Shown here piece after piece: positions 1 to 9,868 of a DNA stretch of 64,000 nt. Source of the DNA: Candidatus Latescibacterota bacterium. Lineage in GTDB: Bacteria; Krumholzibacteriota; Krumholzibacteriia; WVZY01. The position numbers and the translations under genes were made by a program. The notes beneath the pieces are model-generated. The model was not told the DNA's origin. It ran no database searches and saw only the letters and a program-made list of their open reading frames with translations. The stretch's first letter is position 1, and every line of letters begins with the position of its first letter. The DNA lies in contig CAWBQK010000004.1 in the NCBI GenBank assembly GCA_963791045.1, forward strand, positions 128,008 to 192,007, in the 5' to 3' direction.

Positions 1-414
1 CGGACCCCGCATGCACTCTCGGGAATCCGGACATCCGGGGTGGATATCGTTGGCAATCGTCACACCCGGAGCGAGAAACACATCGTCTTCGATCGTGGTG
101 AATTGAGCAATGTAGCAGTTGCAGTGGATCTTGACGTTCATTCCGATCGTGCAGCCGTAATCGATGACCGTGTTGTTCCAGATGTTGAAATGGTCGCCGA
201 TCTCATTTTCTTCCCGGATCACGACGTTGTGACCGGTTTCGAGATGGTCACCGATTGTCGTTCCGGCATAGATGACCGACCCCGAACGGATCGAGGAATC
301 GGATCCGATCCTGAGGATGGAACTGATTCCCTTCCGCGGAGACAGGTAGGCAAGCAACACGCCCTCATCGACCCGGGCGTGGTTACCCAATACCACTTCA
401 CCGATGTTCTGCAA
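1..414 (-). CDS. Hexapeptide-repeat sugar N-/O-acetyltransferase (WbpD-like), 3' end outside window
   Basis: Not in the ORF track; translated by hand: TTG start at 414 after AGAGG, MQNIGEVVLGNHARVDEGVLL...IGDHLETGHNVVIREENEIGDHFNIWNNTVIDYGCTIGMNVKIHCNCYIAQFTTIEDDVFLAPGVTIAND, i.e. left-handed beta-helix repeats. Confidence 0.85.
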   Translation of the reverse strand, partial: MQNIGEVVLGNHARVDEGVLLAYLSPRKGISSILRIGSDSSIRSGSVIYAGTTIGDHLETGHNVVIREENEIGDHFNIWNNTVIDYGCTIGMNVKIHCNCYIAQFTTIEDDVFLAPGVTIANDIHPGCPDSRECMRGP

Positions 415-442
415 AGAATACCTCTATCTCTTTGAGCCAGGT

Positions 443-1450
443 CTAAGGCGAGACCATGGTTCCCGAATTCGAGAGCGATCGGTTTGCCGCTTCAATAACC
501 CGTACCACATCGAGACCGTGTTCGCCGGAGCTTCTCGGTGTGTCGCCGCTTTTGATGCAGTCTATGAAGTGTTGGCAGGCGATCTTGAGCGGTTCGCTGT
601 CATCAAGCTTGGGGATAAAGATATCGCCAAACCGATAAGAAAGCTGGAACTCGCCGAACGTATCATAATGCGCGGGAACATCGACGCCCTTGTCATATAT
701 ACGTATTTTCTCGAGCGAGCTGATATCGTCGTAAACAAGCATTTTCTTGCTGCCCACGACGGTCGTCTTGCGGATCTTATTGGGGTTGAGCCAACTCACA
801 TGAACGTGCGCCATAATCGAGCCGGGGTACTCGAAGTTAAGAAATGCGACATCCTCAACATTCTGACGGATGTAAGCGTGTCCGTGCGCGGCAACACTCT
901 CGGGCATGCTGTCGAGCACGTAATTCAGAATCGAAATATCGTGAGGAGCAAGATCCCAGACGACATTGATGTCTTCCTGAAATAGTCCGAGATTGACCCT
1001 CGTGGTGTTGACGTAGAGGATATCGCCGAGCTCGCCGGACTTGACAAGCTCCTTGATCTTGTTGACCGCAGCGGTAAACACAAAAGTGTGTCCCACCATG
1101 AGAACCAGATTATTTGCTTTGGCCGTGTTCACGAGCATTTCGCTATCGGCAACGGAGGTGGCAAGTGGTTTCTCTACGAATACGTGTTTACCCGCTTCGA
1201 GTGCCTTCATGGCAATCTCGACATGGGTGCGGGGTGGTGTCGCGATGACAACGGCATCGATGTCATCCGCACCGACGAGCTCGAGGTAATCGCTTGTGGC
1301 CTGAACCTGGGGATACAGCGTCTTCATGTGAGAAAGCCTGTCCTCACTAAGATCCGCGCATCGCACCACTTCTGAATCGCTCAGCTGGGAAAAATTTCTA
1401 AGAAGATTGGGGCCCCAGTATCCACAACCAACAACACCAACTTTTAGCAC
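443..1450 (-). CDS. Gfo/Idh/MocA family oxidoreductase (nucleotide-sugar 3-dehydrogenase-like)
   Basis: GVVGCGYWG Rossmann motif, HVFVEKP, DLAPHD; strong SD AGGAGG; next to an acetyltransferase. Confidence 0.9.
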   Translation of the reverse strand: MLKVGVVGCGYWGPNLLRNFSQLSDSEVVRCADLSEDRLSHMKTLYPQVQATSDYLELVGADDIDAVVIATPPRTHVEIAMKALEAGKHVFVEKPLATSVADSEMLVNTAKANNLVLMVGHTFVFTAAVNKIKELVKSGELGDILYVNTTRVNLGLFQEDINVVWDLAPHDISILNYVLDSMPESVAAHGHAYIRQNVEDVAFLNFEYPGSIMAHVHVSWLNPNKIRKTTVVGSKKMLVYDDISSLEKIRIYDKGVDVPAHYDTFGEFQLSYRFGDIFIPKLDDSEPLKIACQHFIDCIKSGDTPRSSGEHGLDVVRVIEAANRSLSNSGTMVSP

Positions 1451-1525
1451 GACTCCTCCTATATGTACGTATCCGTATCCTGTTAGCTCTCAAATCACCG
1501 TGGGCTAGTGTACCACGAGCTTGAG

Positions 1526-2266
1526 CTAAAGACCTCCAGTACCGTACAGCATAACCGGCACCGTTCGAAGTATAATTTTGACATCCAGAAGAAGCGACCA
1601 GTTTTCGATGTAATGGAGGTCGAGAGCCACCATTTCATCGAATGCAACCGTGCTGCGGCCGCTGACCTGCCACAAACCGGTCAGACCCGGTTTGACCGAC
1701 AGACGCAGTTTGTGCCACTCCTGGTAGTGGTCCAGTTCATAGGTGAGCGGGGGACGTGGGCCCACAAGGGTCATCTCTCCCTTGAGGACATTCAAAAATT
1801 GGGGAAGTTCATCGAGGCTGGTTTTTCTCAGGAATTTTCCAATAGAGGTAACCCGGGGATCGTCGACGATTTTGAAAACACCGCTGTCTTTTCCGTTCGC
1901 ATCGCTCGATTGCCCGTTAATAAAATCTTTTGCGAAATTTCTGTGGGTTTGATCGTTGTTGCCGTTTGTCATGGTCCTGAACTTAAGCATGCGGAATTTC
2001 TTGCCGTTCAGACCGACCCGCTCCTGCACATAAAGAACCGGGCCTTCGGATGTAAGCTTGATAAATAACGCCAACAGAAGATAAAACGGAAGACCAAAGA
2101 CTAGAACTAAAAGAGAAGCACCGATGTCGATGCTTCTTTTGATAAATAACTCAAGATTGGATCGCTCGGCCAAACCTTGATCGAACACATCCGCGGTCGT
2201 TTCGGAGATACAAGCAGGCATTACCTTCTCATCGATGTACCCGAGCGCTGCGATGTTTTTTCTCAC
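1526..2266 (-). CDS. Priming sugar-1-phosphate transferase (bacterial sugar transferase family)
   Basis: [62 protein letters not shown]. Confidence 0.93.
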   Translation of the reverse strand: MRKNIAALGYIDEKVMPACISETTADVFDQGLAERSNLELFIKRSIDIGASLLVLVFGLPFYLLLALFIKLTSEGPVLYVQERVGLNGKKFRMLKFRTMTNGNNDQTHRNFAKDFINGQSSDANGKDSGVFKIVDDPRVTSIGKFLRKTSLDELPQFLNVLKGEMTLVGPRPPLTYELDHYQEWHKLRLSVKPGLTGLWQVSGRSTVAFDEMVALDLHYIENWSLLLDVKIILRTVPVMLYGTGGL

Positions 2267-2520
2267 TGCTGCTGTCCTTCACAAGTGGGGTTAAGCAACC
2301 TTATGACCTCGATCCGAAATGAACAATTGCAGCGCCCACTCGGCCCTTGAACCAGTGTGGGTTGGTCGATGAAACACCGGTCAATATGGTCATGCTTTGA
2401 CCGCACCAGAAACCTCGACCGATACTTCCGTTGTCCGGAAGATCTTTGTTCAAATCGGTTCTAGTTGGGAAAGCAAAGCAAAAAAAGGTGCTCTTTGGAC
2501 TTTTCCCATACATGCTGTTT

Positions 2521-2536
2521 TGCCCTATCGGTGCCA
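2521..2536 (-). promoter_or_regulatory. Candidate sigma54 (-24/-12) promoter
   Basis: Minus strand TGGCACCGATAGGGCA: GG-N10-GC with a perfect TGGCAC -24 element but an imperfect -12 (GGGC); about 255 bp upstream of the sugar transferase. Confidence 0.5.
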
Positions 2537-2635
2537 AGACTCGAGGAAAACTCCCCCTGACTCGAGGCACCTATTGTAGCATACCAACCGACGTATTTCC
2601 AGTAGTATTTTCGCTTTTGGGCTATCGGGAGGCCG

Positions 2636-3877
2636 TTAAATACGGGGATTCTTGACATCGATCATCGAACTAACAAGTTCGACCAAACGGGTACGCTGAG
2701 CTTCCGTTGCGTATAATTCCCCAACCTTTCTCGCCGCGGAAGATGAGAGCGTCTCCCGCAAATCCGGATCGGCAATCAACCGTTGGATCGCAGCGGCAAA
2801 ATCCGTAGGACTGTCGGCAAGAAGATAATCTTTTTCCGGTTCAAACGGCATTCCGGCAATCGCGACCGACGTGCAGATAATGGGAATGCCCGCCGCCATC
2901 GCTTCGAGGATACGGATCCGGAGACCACCCCCAAAACGAAGCGGCACAACAAGACACGTTGCCCGATGAAGATACGGACGGACATCCGCCACCGGTCCAA
3001 TCACTTCGACATCACCCTTCAGACCGAACGACTCAAGGGATCTGGGTAGGTGCCCTCCTACAATGCTGATAGACATTCCCTCCGTGCCGTCGAGCTTGGG
3101 ATATATTTCACGAGCGAAAAAAGTCAGCGCGTCGCGATTGAAGGACGCTCCCAGGTGACCCAGGAACAGCACCTCCCCTCCCGCTCGCCCCATTCCCGAT
3201 GGGGCGAATGCATCGACGTCAACCCCGAAGGGCATCACGTTCACGGTGCAACTGTCACCGCAAAGCGTCGTGACCGCCGCCTTGTCCCTCTCCGTGAGCG
3301 CCCACACATGTTTGCTCCCCCGGTACGCGGCAATCTCTTCCTTCTGCTCGAGCAGCCACCGTCTGACCGCACTTATTTTCTGCGGGAGATTTCTTTCGAG
3401 GAGAGCCACCTGGCGATTGACGAACATATCGATATCATGCGTCAGGAGAACGCATCGTTCGAGTGGAAAGACCGACATCATCCTCGCCAACTGCCAATAT
3501 TCGACTATCACGAGATCATAGTGATCCCTCGAAAGACGCCGCGCCTCGGCAATGAACGCGCCCGGGCAATCGTATAGACTTTTGAGCGAGCGCCGGGTGA
3601 GAAGGGATTTGATGTAATAGAAAATTTTGAATCCCAAGCGATGGACGAGCGAGCGCCGGTTCGGCGCCAACACCGTCACGACTCTGTAACACCATTTATC
3701 GAGTTCCTTCGCTGCGTTTTCTTCGTCGCGCGACGTGATTCTCGCAAGAACCGTGACGTCAAAATCCGACTGCAGAGCCTGGATCAATGCAAACGAGGCA
3801 ACCCGTGTTCCCTGGTTCGGCGGGTACGGAAGGATCGGCTTGATTAGAAGTATTTTTGGCCGCGCGGCTTCGGTCAC
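2636..3877 (-). CDS. Glycosyltransferase family 4
   Basis: PYPPNQG N-terminus, VPLRFGGGLRIRILEAMAAGIPII. Confidence 0.9.
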   Translation of the reverse strand: MTEAARPKILLIKPILPYPPNQGTRVASFALIQALQSDFDVTVLARITSRDEENAAKELDKWCYRVVTVLAPNRRSLVHRLGFKIFYYIKSLLTRRSLKSLYDCPGAFIAEARRLSRDHYDLVIVEYWQLARMMSVFPLERCVLLTHDIDMFVNRQVALLERNLPQKISAVRRWLLEQKEEIAAYRGSKHVWALTERDKAAVTTLCGDSCTVNVMPFGVDVDAFAPSGMGRAGGEVLFLGHLGASFNRDALTFFAREIYPKLDGTEGMSISIVGGHLPRSLESFGLKGDVEVIGPVADVRPYLHRATCLVVPLRFGGGLRIRILEAMAAGIPIICTSVAIAGMPFEPEKDYLLADSPTDFAAAIQRLIADPDLRETLSSSAARKVGELYATEAQRTRLVELVSSMIDVKNPRI

Positions 3878-5046
3878 CCTGGTGTCCTCCGTGTTCGCAA
3901 ATCTCCCCCGGCCGCGCCGAGATAAAGTTCTTCCATCCGTTCGATGTGATTTTCAAGCGTAAAACATTTCTCGAATCGTCGCCGGGCATTCGCACCCAAA
4001 TCGAACCGGAGACTCTCCTCGCTCACAAGCCGTGCGATGGCTCCGCGCAGCGCCGCCACATCGCCCGGCTCCACGAGAAGGCCCACCTCGTTGTCAGGCG
4101 CCGCTTCGGGGATTCCATCGATCAGAGTCGATACCACGGGAAGCGAACACGCCATCGCTTCGAGGATAACATACGGCATTCCTTCCATAAAGGACGGGAG
4201 AACGAGAACGTCCATCGCGCAAAGAATCTCTTCGATTGTCTTCTCGTCAACCGATCCGAGAAATCGAACTCGCGCTTCCATCCCTTTTTCCTTCGTCACC
4301 CGTTTGTAATCCGCTTCGCGTTCCCCGCTTCCAACGACAAAAAGCCGCCATCTTTCCGCTTCGATCCCCTCCACGGCTGCGAGAAGGTCATCCAGCCCTT
4401 TCCTCGCGATGAGACTCCCCACATAAACGATTCCCACAACGCCGTCGTGCAGTTCCAGTCGGCGTCTCCCTGCAAGACGGAGTTGGGAGCGGTTGTCGCC
4501 CATACTCTTCGCCACACCGTTGTAAATCACTTCGATCTTGTCCGGCCGCACCCCCTGGCGCGCGATAAGCTGTTCAACATTCGACGTGCATATGGTGAGT
4601 ACTTTGTCGACCCATTGATACGAGAAATCCTTGACGATCGCCCGTTTCCACAGCCGTTCCACCCTGGGAAGATGCTCGGTCACGATAACGGTTCTTGTCC
4701 CCGCAAGACGCGCCAGCGGCGCTATGAGCCCCATCTGGCCATCGTAGGGACCCGGCACATTGACGTGGACAACATGCGGATCGATATCGGAAAGGGCCTT
4801 AAAAACGGGCACCGCATCCAAGGGAGAAAATGGCATGTTCATGGGCGCCCTTCGTACGGCCACTCCCGCCCCGTCGAGACTGACGCACCATTCGTCGAGC
4901 CCCTCCCCCACCTTCGCCAAAACCACCGGGTCGAAGACGTCCCGATCGAGGCCGAGCGCAAGAAGCTTCACATAACGCTCGGCACCACCCGCATATGCCG
5001 AGTCGACAACGAAACAAACACGGACTCTCTGTGATTTCTTCGACAA
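3874..5046 (-). CDS. Glycosyltransferase family 4
   Basis: GGAERY, LPSFMEGMPYVILEAMACSLPVV (EX7E). Confidence 0.92.
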   Translation of the reverse strand: MSKKSQRVRVCFVVDSAYAGGAERYVKLLALGLDRDVFDPVVLAKVGEGLDEWCVSLDGAGVAVRRAPMNMPFSPLDAVPVFKALSDIDPHVVHVNVPGPYDGQMGLIAPLARLAGTRTVIVTEHLPRVERLWKRAIVKDFSYQWVDKVLTICTSNVEQLIARQGVRPDKIEVIYNGVAKSMGDNRSQLRLAGRRRLELHDGVVGIVYVGSLIARKGLDDLLAAVEGIEAERWRLFVVGSGEREADYKRVTKEKGMEARVRFLGSVDEKTIEEILCAMDVLVLPSFMEGMPYVILEAMACSLPVVSTLIDGIPEAAPDNEVGLLVEPGDVAALRGAIARLVSEESLRFDLGANARRRFEKCFTLENHIERMEELYLGAAGGDLRTRRTPG

Positions 5047-5086
5047 TGTGACCTCTTCAAGGGCGCGACGGGAGCGCCCGTACTCC

Positions 5087-7576
5087 CTATCTCACAAGAT
5101 ACTTTTTGATTTCGATCTCTGTACAGGCTTTGCCGACACGCGAATCGTCATTAAAAAGAAAATCGCGAATCGAGTAATTCGGGAGCAGCGGCTCTTCGAC
5201 CAGCTGCAGCTGAACCTCGTAGTCCGTCTCGTTAAGGTCGGTGGGCAATCGGATATCGAATACTTCAAAACAATCGCGCGACACCGGCCACTCTGCCGGC
5301 CGGTAGTATCCGCCAAACGGACGATGATCTATGCGAAACCTCCTGAATGCGGCTTCTCTTCTCTCCCGGTACCTGCGAACGTACTTATCGCCGGGATACT
5401 TTGCCGACGATTCAAAATATTCACTGTCTTCAAAACGCAATCGAAGCGTCATTGGCAGTTTCTGCCGGATCTCCTCCGCCCCGCGGTATGACAGAGTTAC
5501 CCGCATTTTCTCTCCCGGAAGACCGCTCTTCGGGTCAAAACGTATCCCGGTCACTTTGGGCTCAGATCCCACCGTTGACGTCGAGCACCGATCCATCCTC
5601 TCCTCCGGGGCCGTCTCAAACGGATCGAGGGGATGCCAGCTTACCCTGACGAACTCAAACCCGATCACTTCGTACAAAGCCACCTGATCGGTGTGATACA
5701 CACGTTTGAACACCTCTTTGAAGCCGCCAAATTTTTTGTCGAGAACTGTTTTGAAAGCCGGATCCCAGTCGGCGAGAAAATCATGATAGGGTCGTGAGAA
5801 CGATCCGTTTACGAGCACATACTCGACACCGAATCTTTTGATATCGTTGATGGCTTCGATCTGCGTCGTGTAGGGTGAGAGCGCGCTATGAATCGCATTG
5901 AGTCGTTCGACCGCGTAACGGTCGTTCGGGTTGCCGTGCTGCCCCAAAACGGCAACAACGCGCGCATCACTGAATGCGCTCAACGCGTACCCTGTTACCG
6001 CGTCCGTTAATACCACGCTCTTTTTTGGAATCTTTTCATTGATAAACTCGATCGCCCCCAGGAGTTCCTCGTTCACCGGCGCACGCGCCCTCCCCGGCCG
6101 CACAGATTTGATATCATCGAGAAACGCATTCCCGCTCAACACAAACGGCCTCACAAGGACCAGAAGGCATCCGATGGCGGCGGCTCTTTTCAACAGACCT
6201 CCGCGGCGTCCCCAGGACACAACCGAACCGACCACCAACGCGAGTATTACCAGCGCGGGAATTCCCAGGAGAAAACGGTGGACCAGGTAGTTCGCTTTTG
6301 AGTAAAACAACGGCGCCACGAACGGATTGAGCGCCGTCACCACTATCGGAATACTAAGCGCAAAACTCATCCAGCCGTAACGTTTGTGCTTTCGAATGAA
6401 CGGTAAAAACAAAACAAAAAACAGCCCCACAAAAAATAAAAGCCCGTTCTTACGGATGATTTCCCCGGGGTTTGGAATAAAAAACTGATCTCCAATCCGG
6501 AAAAAATAGAGTAATCCGTGTGGATGCGTGTGAATTATGTTGCCGCCGCCGTAAAATCCAAAATACTTCCACGCGAGGACGATCCCCGAAAGAACCCCGA
6601 TAACGGCCCCGAGACGGATAATCCCGCCCCGAGTAAATCCAAACACGCGGGCGCCGACGAGCAAACCCACAAACATAAAACCGACATGGATTACAACATC
6701 GATGTGGACAAGGCCGCCCCCCAATGTAACAAGCCCGATAACGGCGAGCGTCCTGCCGTCACGCCACTTGGCAAAGCGCAAACTCAACACCAGGAGAACC
6801 CAATAGAACACGAGCGACAGATGCTGTCCGTATCCGACCGAGCCGAAGAACTGACGGCCGATCCCGCCCTGGAACATGAGGAACAACACAAGAGCGAATG
6901 CGACAAAACCGGGCGCGGGAAGCAGCGCCGCCGCGAATCCGGCGAACCCGAGAAAGGCCACGGGCGCCAACACAACGGGGAGCCAGTTCCACAATGTCAA
7001 AGGGTCAAGCGATGAGAGCGACGCGATCCCCGCCAGGAGCGGGTGAAACGCACCGGACCTCGGATCGCTTTGAGGAACTTCGCCGTCGGCAAATACGACC
7101 GGGGCGAGAACTTCAGCCGGCGTCATCGAGTTGTCCGCGGCGATACTGCGCAAATACCCGAGATGGACAAAACCGTCCCCCCGGTAATCCAACGCCGGCG
7201 GCGCCAGGACAAAAAACAACGCCAGCCCCAGGGCGAGGCCGGCGTAAATAACATTTCTTGGGGTCTTGTACCAGGCGTCTGTCGATCGGGGCCGTGGCTC
7301 TTCTTCCTTCATTCTGACAATCGTACCCGCATCGATAAGGAAAATCAAAGCGGCCGCAATTTCCAAGACGACGACGTATGTTCGAAAAGACAAAGCGGCA
7401 AGCCAGCACACCCACGACAACACAACAAAAACACTCAGACCCGCCAGAAATGCCGTGGGAATGCGGGTTTCGGGTGTCGTGAACTTCCCCGAAAAGAAAC
7501 GACGGAGGAGCAACTCTCCGGGCACAAGGGAAAACAGCCCCATGACAAGCAAAAAACGGATAAACGCTGGGAACAC
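5087..7576 (-). CDS. Large polytopic membrane protein, probable GT-C fold glycosyltransferase with C-terminal extracytoplasmic domain
   Basis: More than 10 hydrophobic segments, first-loop DGFVHLGY motif, soluble C-terminal region (VVLTD..., FGVEYVLV); the frame stays open with a hydrophobic segment upstream to at least 7657. Confidence 0.65.
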   Translation of the reverse strand: MFPAFIRFLLVMGLFSLVPGELLLRRFFSGKFTTPETRIPTAFLAGLSVFVVLSWVCWLAALSFRTYVVVLEIAAALIFLIDAGTIVRMKEEEPRPRSTDAWYKTPRNVIYAGLALGLALFFVLAPPALDYRGDGFVHLGYLRSIAADNSMTPAEVLAPVVFADGEVPQSDPRSGAFHPLLAGIASLSSLDPLTLWNWLPVVLAPVAFLGFAGFAAALLPAPGFVAFALVLFLMFQGGIGRQFFGSVGYGQHLSLVFYWVLLVLSLRFAKWRDGRTLAVIGLVTLGGGLVHIDVVIHVGFMFVGLLVGARVFGFTRGGIIRLGAVIGVLSGIVLAWKYFGFYGGGNIIHTHPHGLLYFFRIGDQFFIPNPGEIIRKNGLLFFVGLFFVLFLPFIRKHKRYGWMSFALSIPIVVTALNPFVAPLFYSKANYLVHRFLLGIPALVILALVVGSVVSWGRRGGLLKRAAAIGCLLVLVRPFVLSGNAFLDDIKSVRPGRARAPVNEELLGAIEFINEKIPKKSVVLTDAVTGYALSAFSDARVVAVLGQHGNPNDRYAVERLNAIHSALSPYTTQIEAINDIKRFGVEYVLVNGSFSRPYHDFLADWDPAFKTVLDKKFGGFKEVFKRVYHTDQVALYEVIGFEFVRVSWHPLDPFETAPEERMDRCSTSTVGSEPKVTGIRFDPKSGLPGEKMRVTLSYRGAEEIRQKLPMTLRLRFEDSEYFESSAKYPGDKYVRRYRERREAAFRRFRIDHRPFGGYYRPAEWPVSRDCFEVFDIRLPTDLNETDYEVQLQLVEEPLLPNYSIRDFLFNDDSRVGKACTEIEIKKYLVR

Positions 7577-7653
7577 GCCGATGAGGCCCGATGATACGAG
7601 CCCGACGAGAATGAGACCGAGGACCGGTAGCGATAGTATGCGGGACCGCTTCC

Positions 7654-8325
7654 CTATTGGAATCTCTTCTTTACCAGGAAAACAAGGTTCTTAAAACCGT
7701 CACGCCACTTTTCCAGCTTCACTTCACCAATTCGCGGATGATATTTGACATGATATTCGCTGAAGCGAATGTCTTTCGAGCGTATCGCTTCGATTTTGAT
7801 TTCTTCGGACAACGGCATACCATCGCTCGTGAGGTTCATGAACGGCAAAACCTTCGTGCGGTATATCCACATTCCGGACTGCGAGTCTTTGATATTTTTG
7901 CCGTAGAGTATGAGCATGGCGATGGTCAAAATCATGTTTCCCATCTTGTTCGTGCCCGTCATGGCCTCGGGGTTCTGCATGGGAAACCGTGCCGCCGATA
8001 TAAAGTCGAGATCATTGTCGACGAGATAGTCGATAACTTCCTCGATCTGCTCGGATGGATACGTGCCGTCGCCATCCATGGTGACCGTGATGTCTTTTGT
8101 CGCAGCCGGCAAGCCCGCCTTGTAAGCAGCCCCGTAGCCCTTGCGTTTTTCGAACACTATTTTCGCGCCGAGCGCGGCGGATACCTCCGCCGTTCGGTCG
8201 GTGCTGTTATTGTCAACGACCACCACTTCGTCGACGCTTGGAGGCAATGAACGGATGACGTGCTGGATGCCTTCTTCTTCGTTGTAGCATGGAATTACCA
8301 CGCTTATCGTCAAATCTCTGTACAT
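7654..8325 (-). CDS. Glycosyltransferase family 2, polyprenol-phosphate glycosyltransferase (DPM1/GtrB-like)
   Basis: VVIPCYNEE, VVDNNSTD, GYGAA, MDGDGTY, DSQSG, RIGEVKL. Confidence 0.9.
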   Translation of the reverse strand: MYRDLTISVVIPCYNEEEGIQHVIRSLPPSVDEVVVVDNNSTDRTAEVSAALGAKIVFEKRKGYGAAYKAGLPAATKDITVTMDGDGTYPSEQIEEVIDYLVDNDLDFISAARFPMQNPEAMTGTNKMGNMILTIAMLILYGKNIKDSQSGMWIYRTKVLPFMNLTSDGMPLSEEIKIEAIRSKDIRFSEYHVKYHPRIGEVKLEKWRDGFKNLVFLVKKRFQ

Positions 8326-8353
8326 CGATTACCTCCGTTAGCGCAAACCGGCG

Positions 8354-9868
8354 TTATCTGCTCATGAAATCGAGAAATTTCCTGACCGCCGGTACCGGGA
8401 CTGGACCAATCAGATCGAGTTCCTGCGGCCCTATCAGCCGCAACTTCTTGACTGACAATATGATAACAAACGCACACAGTGCAAGAGCAATCGTCAGCTC
8501 GAGGCCGCCCTTTATCAGCCCGGTGAACGGCAGCAGAAGCAAAACCGGGCTGGACGCAAGAAAACACTTTCCGATATAACCAAACGGGATTCGTGTGCCC
8601 TTCACATACCTGGATAGCACGACACGATACAATAGCGGCGACAGGGAAATCACCAGGGCAACAGGTATGATGGCGCCCATGATTCCAAACCGCGGTATCA
8701 ACAACAGGTCAAGCCCGACGTTGATGACCGCGAGCACTATATATACTACCAGATTTACGTGGCTTTTCTCTATAACATAAAGCGCCATACTCAGCGGAGT
8801 CCCAAGAAACGATATCGGAAATATTGCAAAGAATAACTGTGTGGGAAGCGCCGCCGGCGCCATGGCCTCGCCGTACAGAATTGGAACAATCCTGCCACTG
8901 AGGACGATTCCAATCACACATATAGGGGCCGAAAGGAGAAACAGCATCCGGTAATAACGGTCAATCGCTTTATTCAGGTTCGAGGCATCCCTTGCGTAAA
9001 CCTCCGAAACTCCCGCCATTATTATCGGCCACACCGTCAACGGTATGAACTCCAGAACCGTCTGCGGCATCCTGTATGCGAGATCGAAAAACCCCACTTC
9101 GGCTGCTGTTCTGAAATGGGCAAGGAAGAGCGTTTCCGACTGTCTCCACACGATTACGTTGAGGATTCCGATCAAAGTGAAAGGCAAAGAGAATTTCAGC
9201 ACCCGCATCCGGTCGACACGGGCCGACTCTCCCTGGGGTCTTTCGATATGGAGAACCCCCCACACCTTTCGCGCCACGACCAGAGTACCCGCGAGGTTTC
9301 CCGCCGCGGTCGCTGCGAACACGCCCAGAACCCCGTAGCCCATGGGAAGCAGAATAAGGAGAAATCCGATAAAGACGGAGTGGGCAACAACGTTCGCCGC
9401 ACTCAGGCGTTTTGTGTCGTAATACGCGTTGAGGATTTGCGAGAATAGTTTCCACACCATCTCGAAGACGAGAAGGCCGACCGATATCCAGAGTATTCTG
9501 CCGATTCCTTCGAACCCGAAGAACGACTCGAACCAGCCCGAGAGAAGATAGCACAAACCGACAAGAACGACCCACGCCAGGGTCTGAACCGCGATTATTC
9601 TTCGAACGAGTATTCTCGCGCCCTTGCCGTCCCCGGCCACTTTGAACACCGGTATGAACTTGAGAACGGCCTGGATCAAACCCATCCCCGCAATGATACT
9701 TACAAAAACCAGCGTCACCCGAAGCAGGCTCAGCACCCCATAGTCGTCCTTGCCGAGCGATCTGACAACAATCACACTGCTCACGAAACCAAGCACAAAA
9801 CGCGCGATGCGCGCGCCCACACTCCAAAACATCGCCTGACCGACCTGGTGCTTCGCCTCACCCATCAA
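8354..9868 (-). CDS. wzx: Polysaccharide flippase (Wzx/MOP family)
   Basis: About 500 aa, many TM segments, VRSLGKDDYG, AEVGFFDLAYR, LLLIPRFGIMGA. Confidence 0.85.
   Translation of the reverse strand: MMGEAKHQVGQAMFWSVGARIARFVLGFVSSVIVVRSLGKDDYGVLSLLRVTLVFVSIIAGMGLIQAVLKFIPVFKVAGDGKGARILVRRIIAVQTLAWVVLVGLCYLLSGWFESFFGFEGIGRILWISVGLLVFEMVWKLFSQILNAYYDTKRLSAANVVAHSVFIGFLLILLPMGYGVLGVFAATAAGNLAGTLVVARKVWGVLHIERPQGESARVDRMRVLKFSLPFTLIGILNVIVWRQSETLFLAHFRTAAEVGFFDLAYRMPQTVLEFIPLTVWPIIMAGVSEVYARDASNLNKAIDRYYRMLFLLSAPICVIGIVLSGRIVPILYGEAMAPAALPTQLFFAIFPISFLGTPLSMALYVIEKSHVNLVVYIVLAVINVGLDLLLIPRFGIMGAIIPVALVISLSPLLYRVVLSRYVKGTRIPFGYIGKCFLASSPVLLLLPFTGLIKGGLELTIALALCAFVIILSVKKLRLIGPQELDLIGPVPVPAVRKFLDFMSR

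Noticed and set aside
40..435. 131-aa plus-strand ORF
   Set aside because: Shadow of the minus-strand acetyltransferase that the track missed because it runs off the window
3856..5034. 392-aa plus-strand ORF (and similar long antisense ORFs at 22467, 44780, 53070, 53965, 54624)
   Set aside because: Each lies opposite well-supported genes; expected from codon bias in a GC-rich genome
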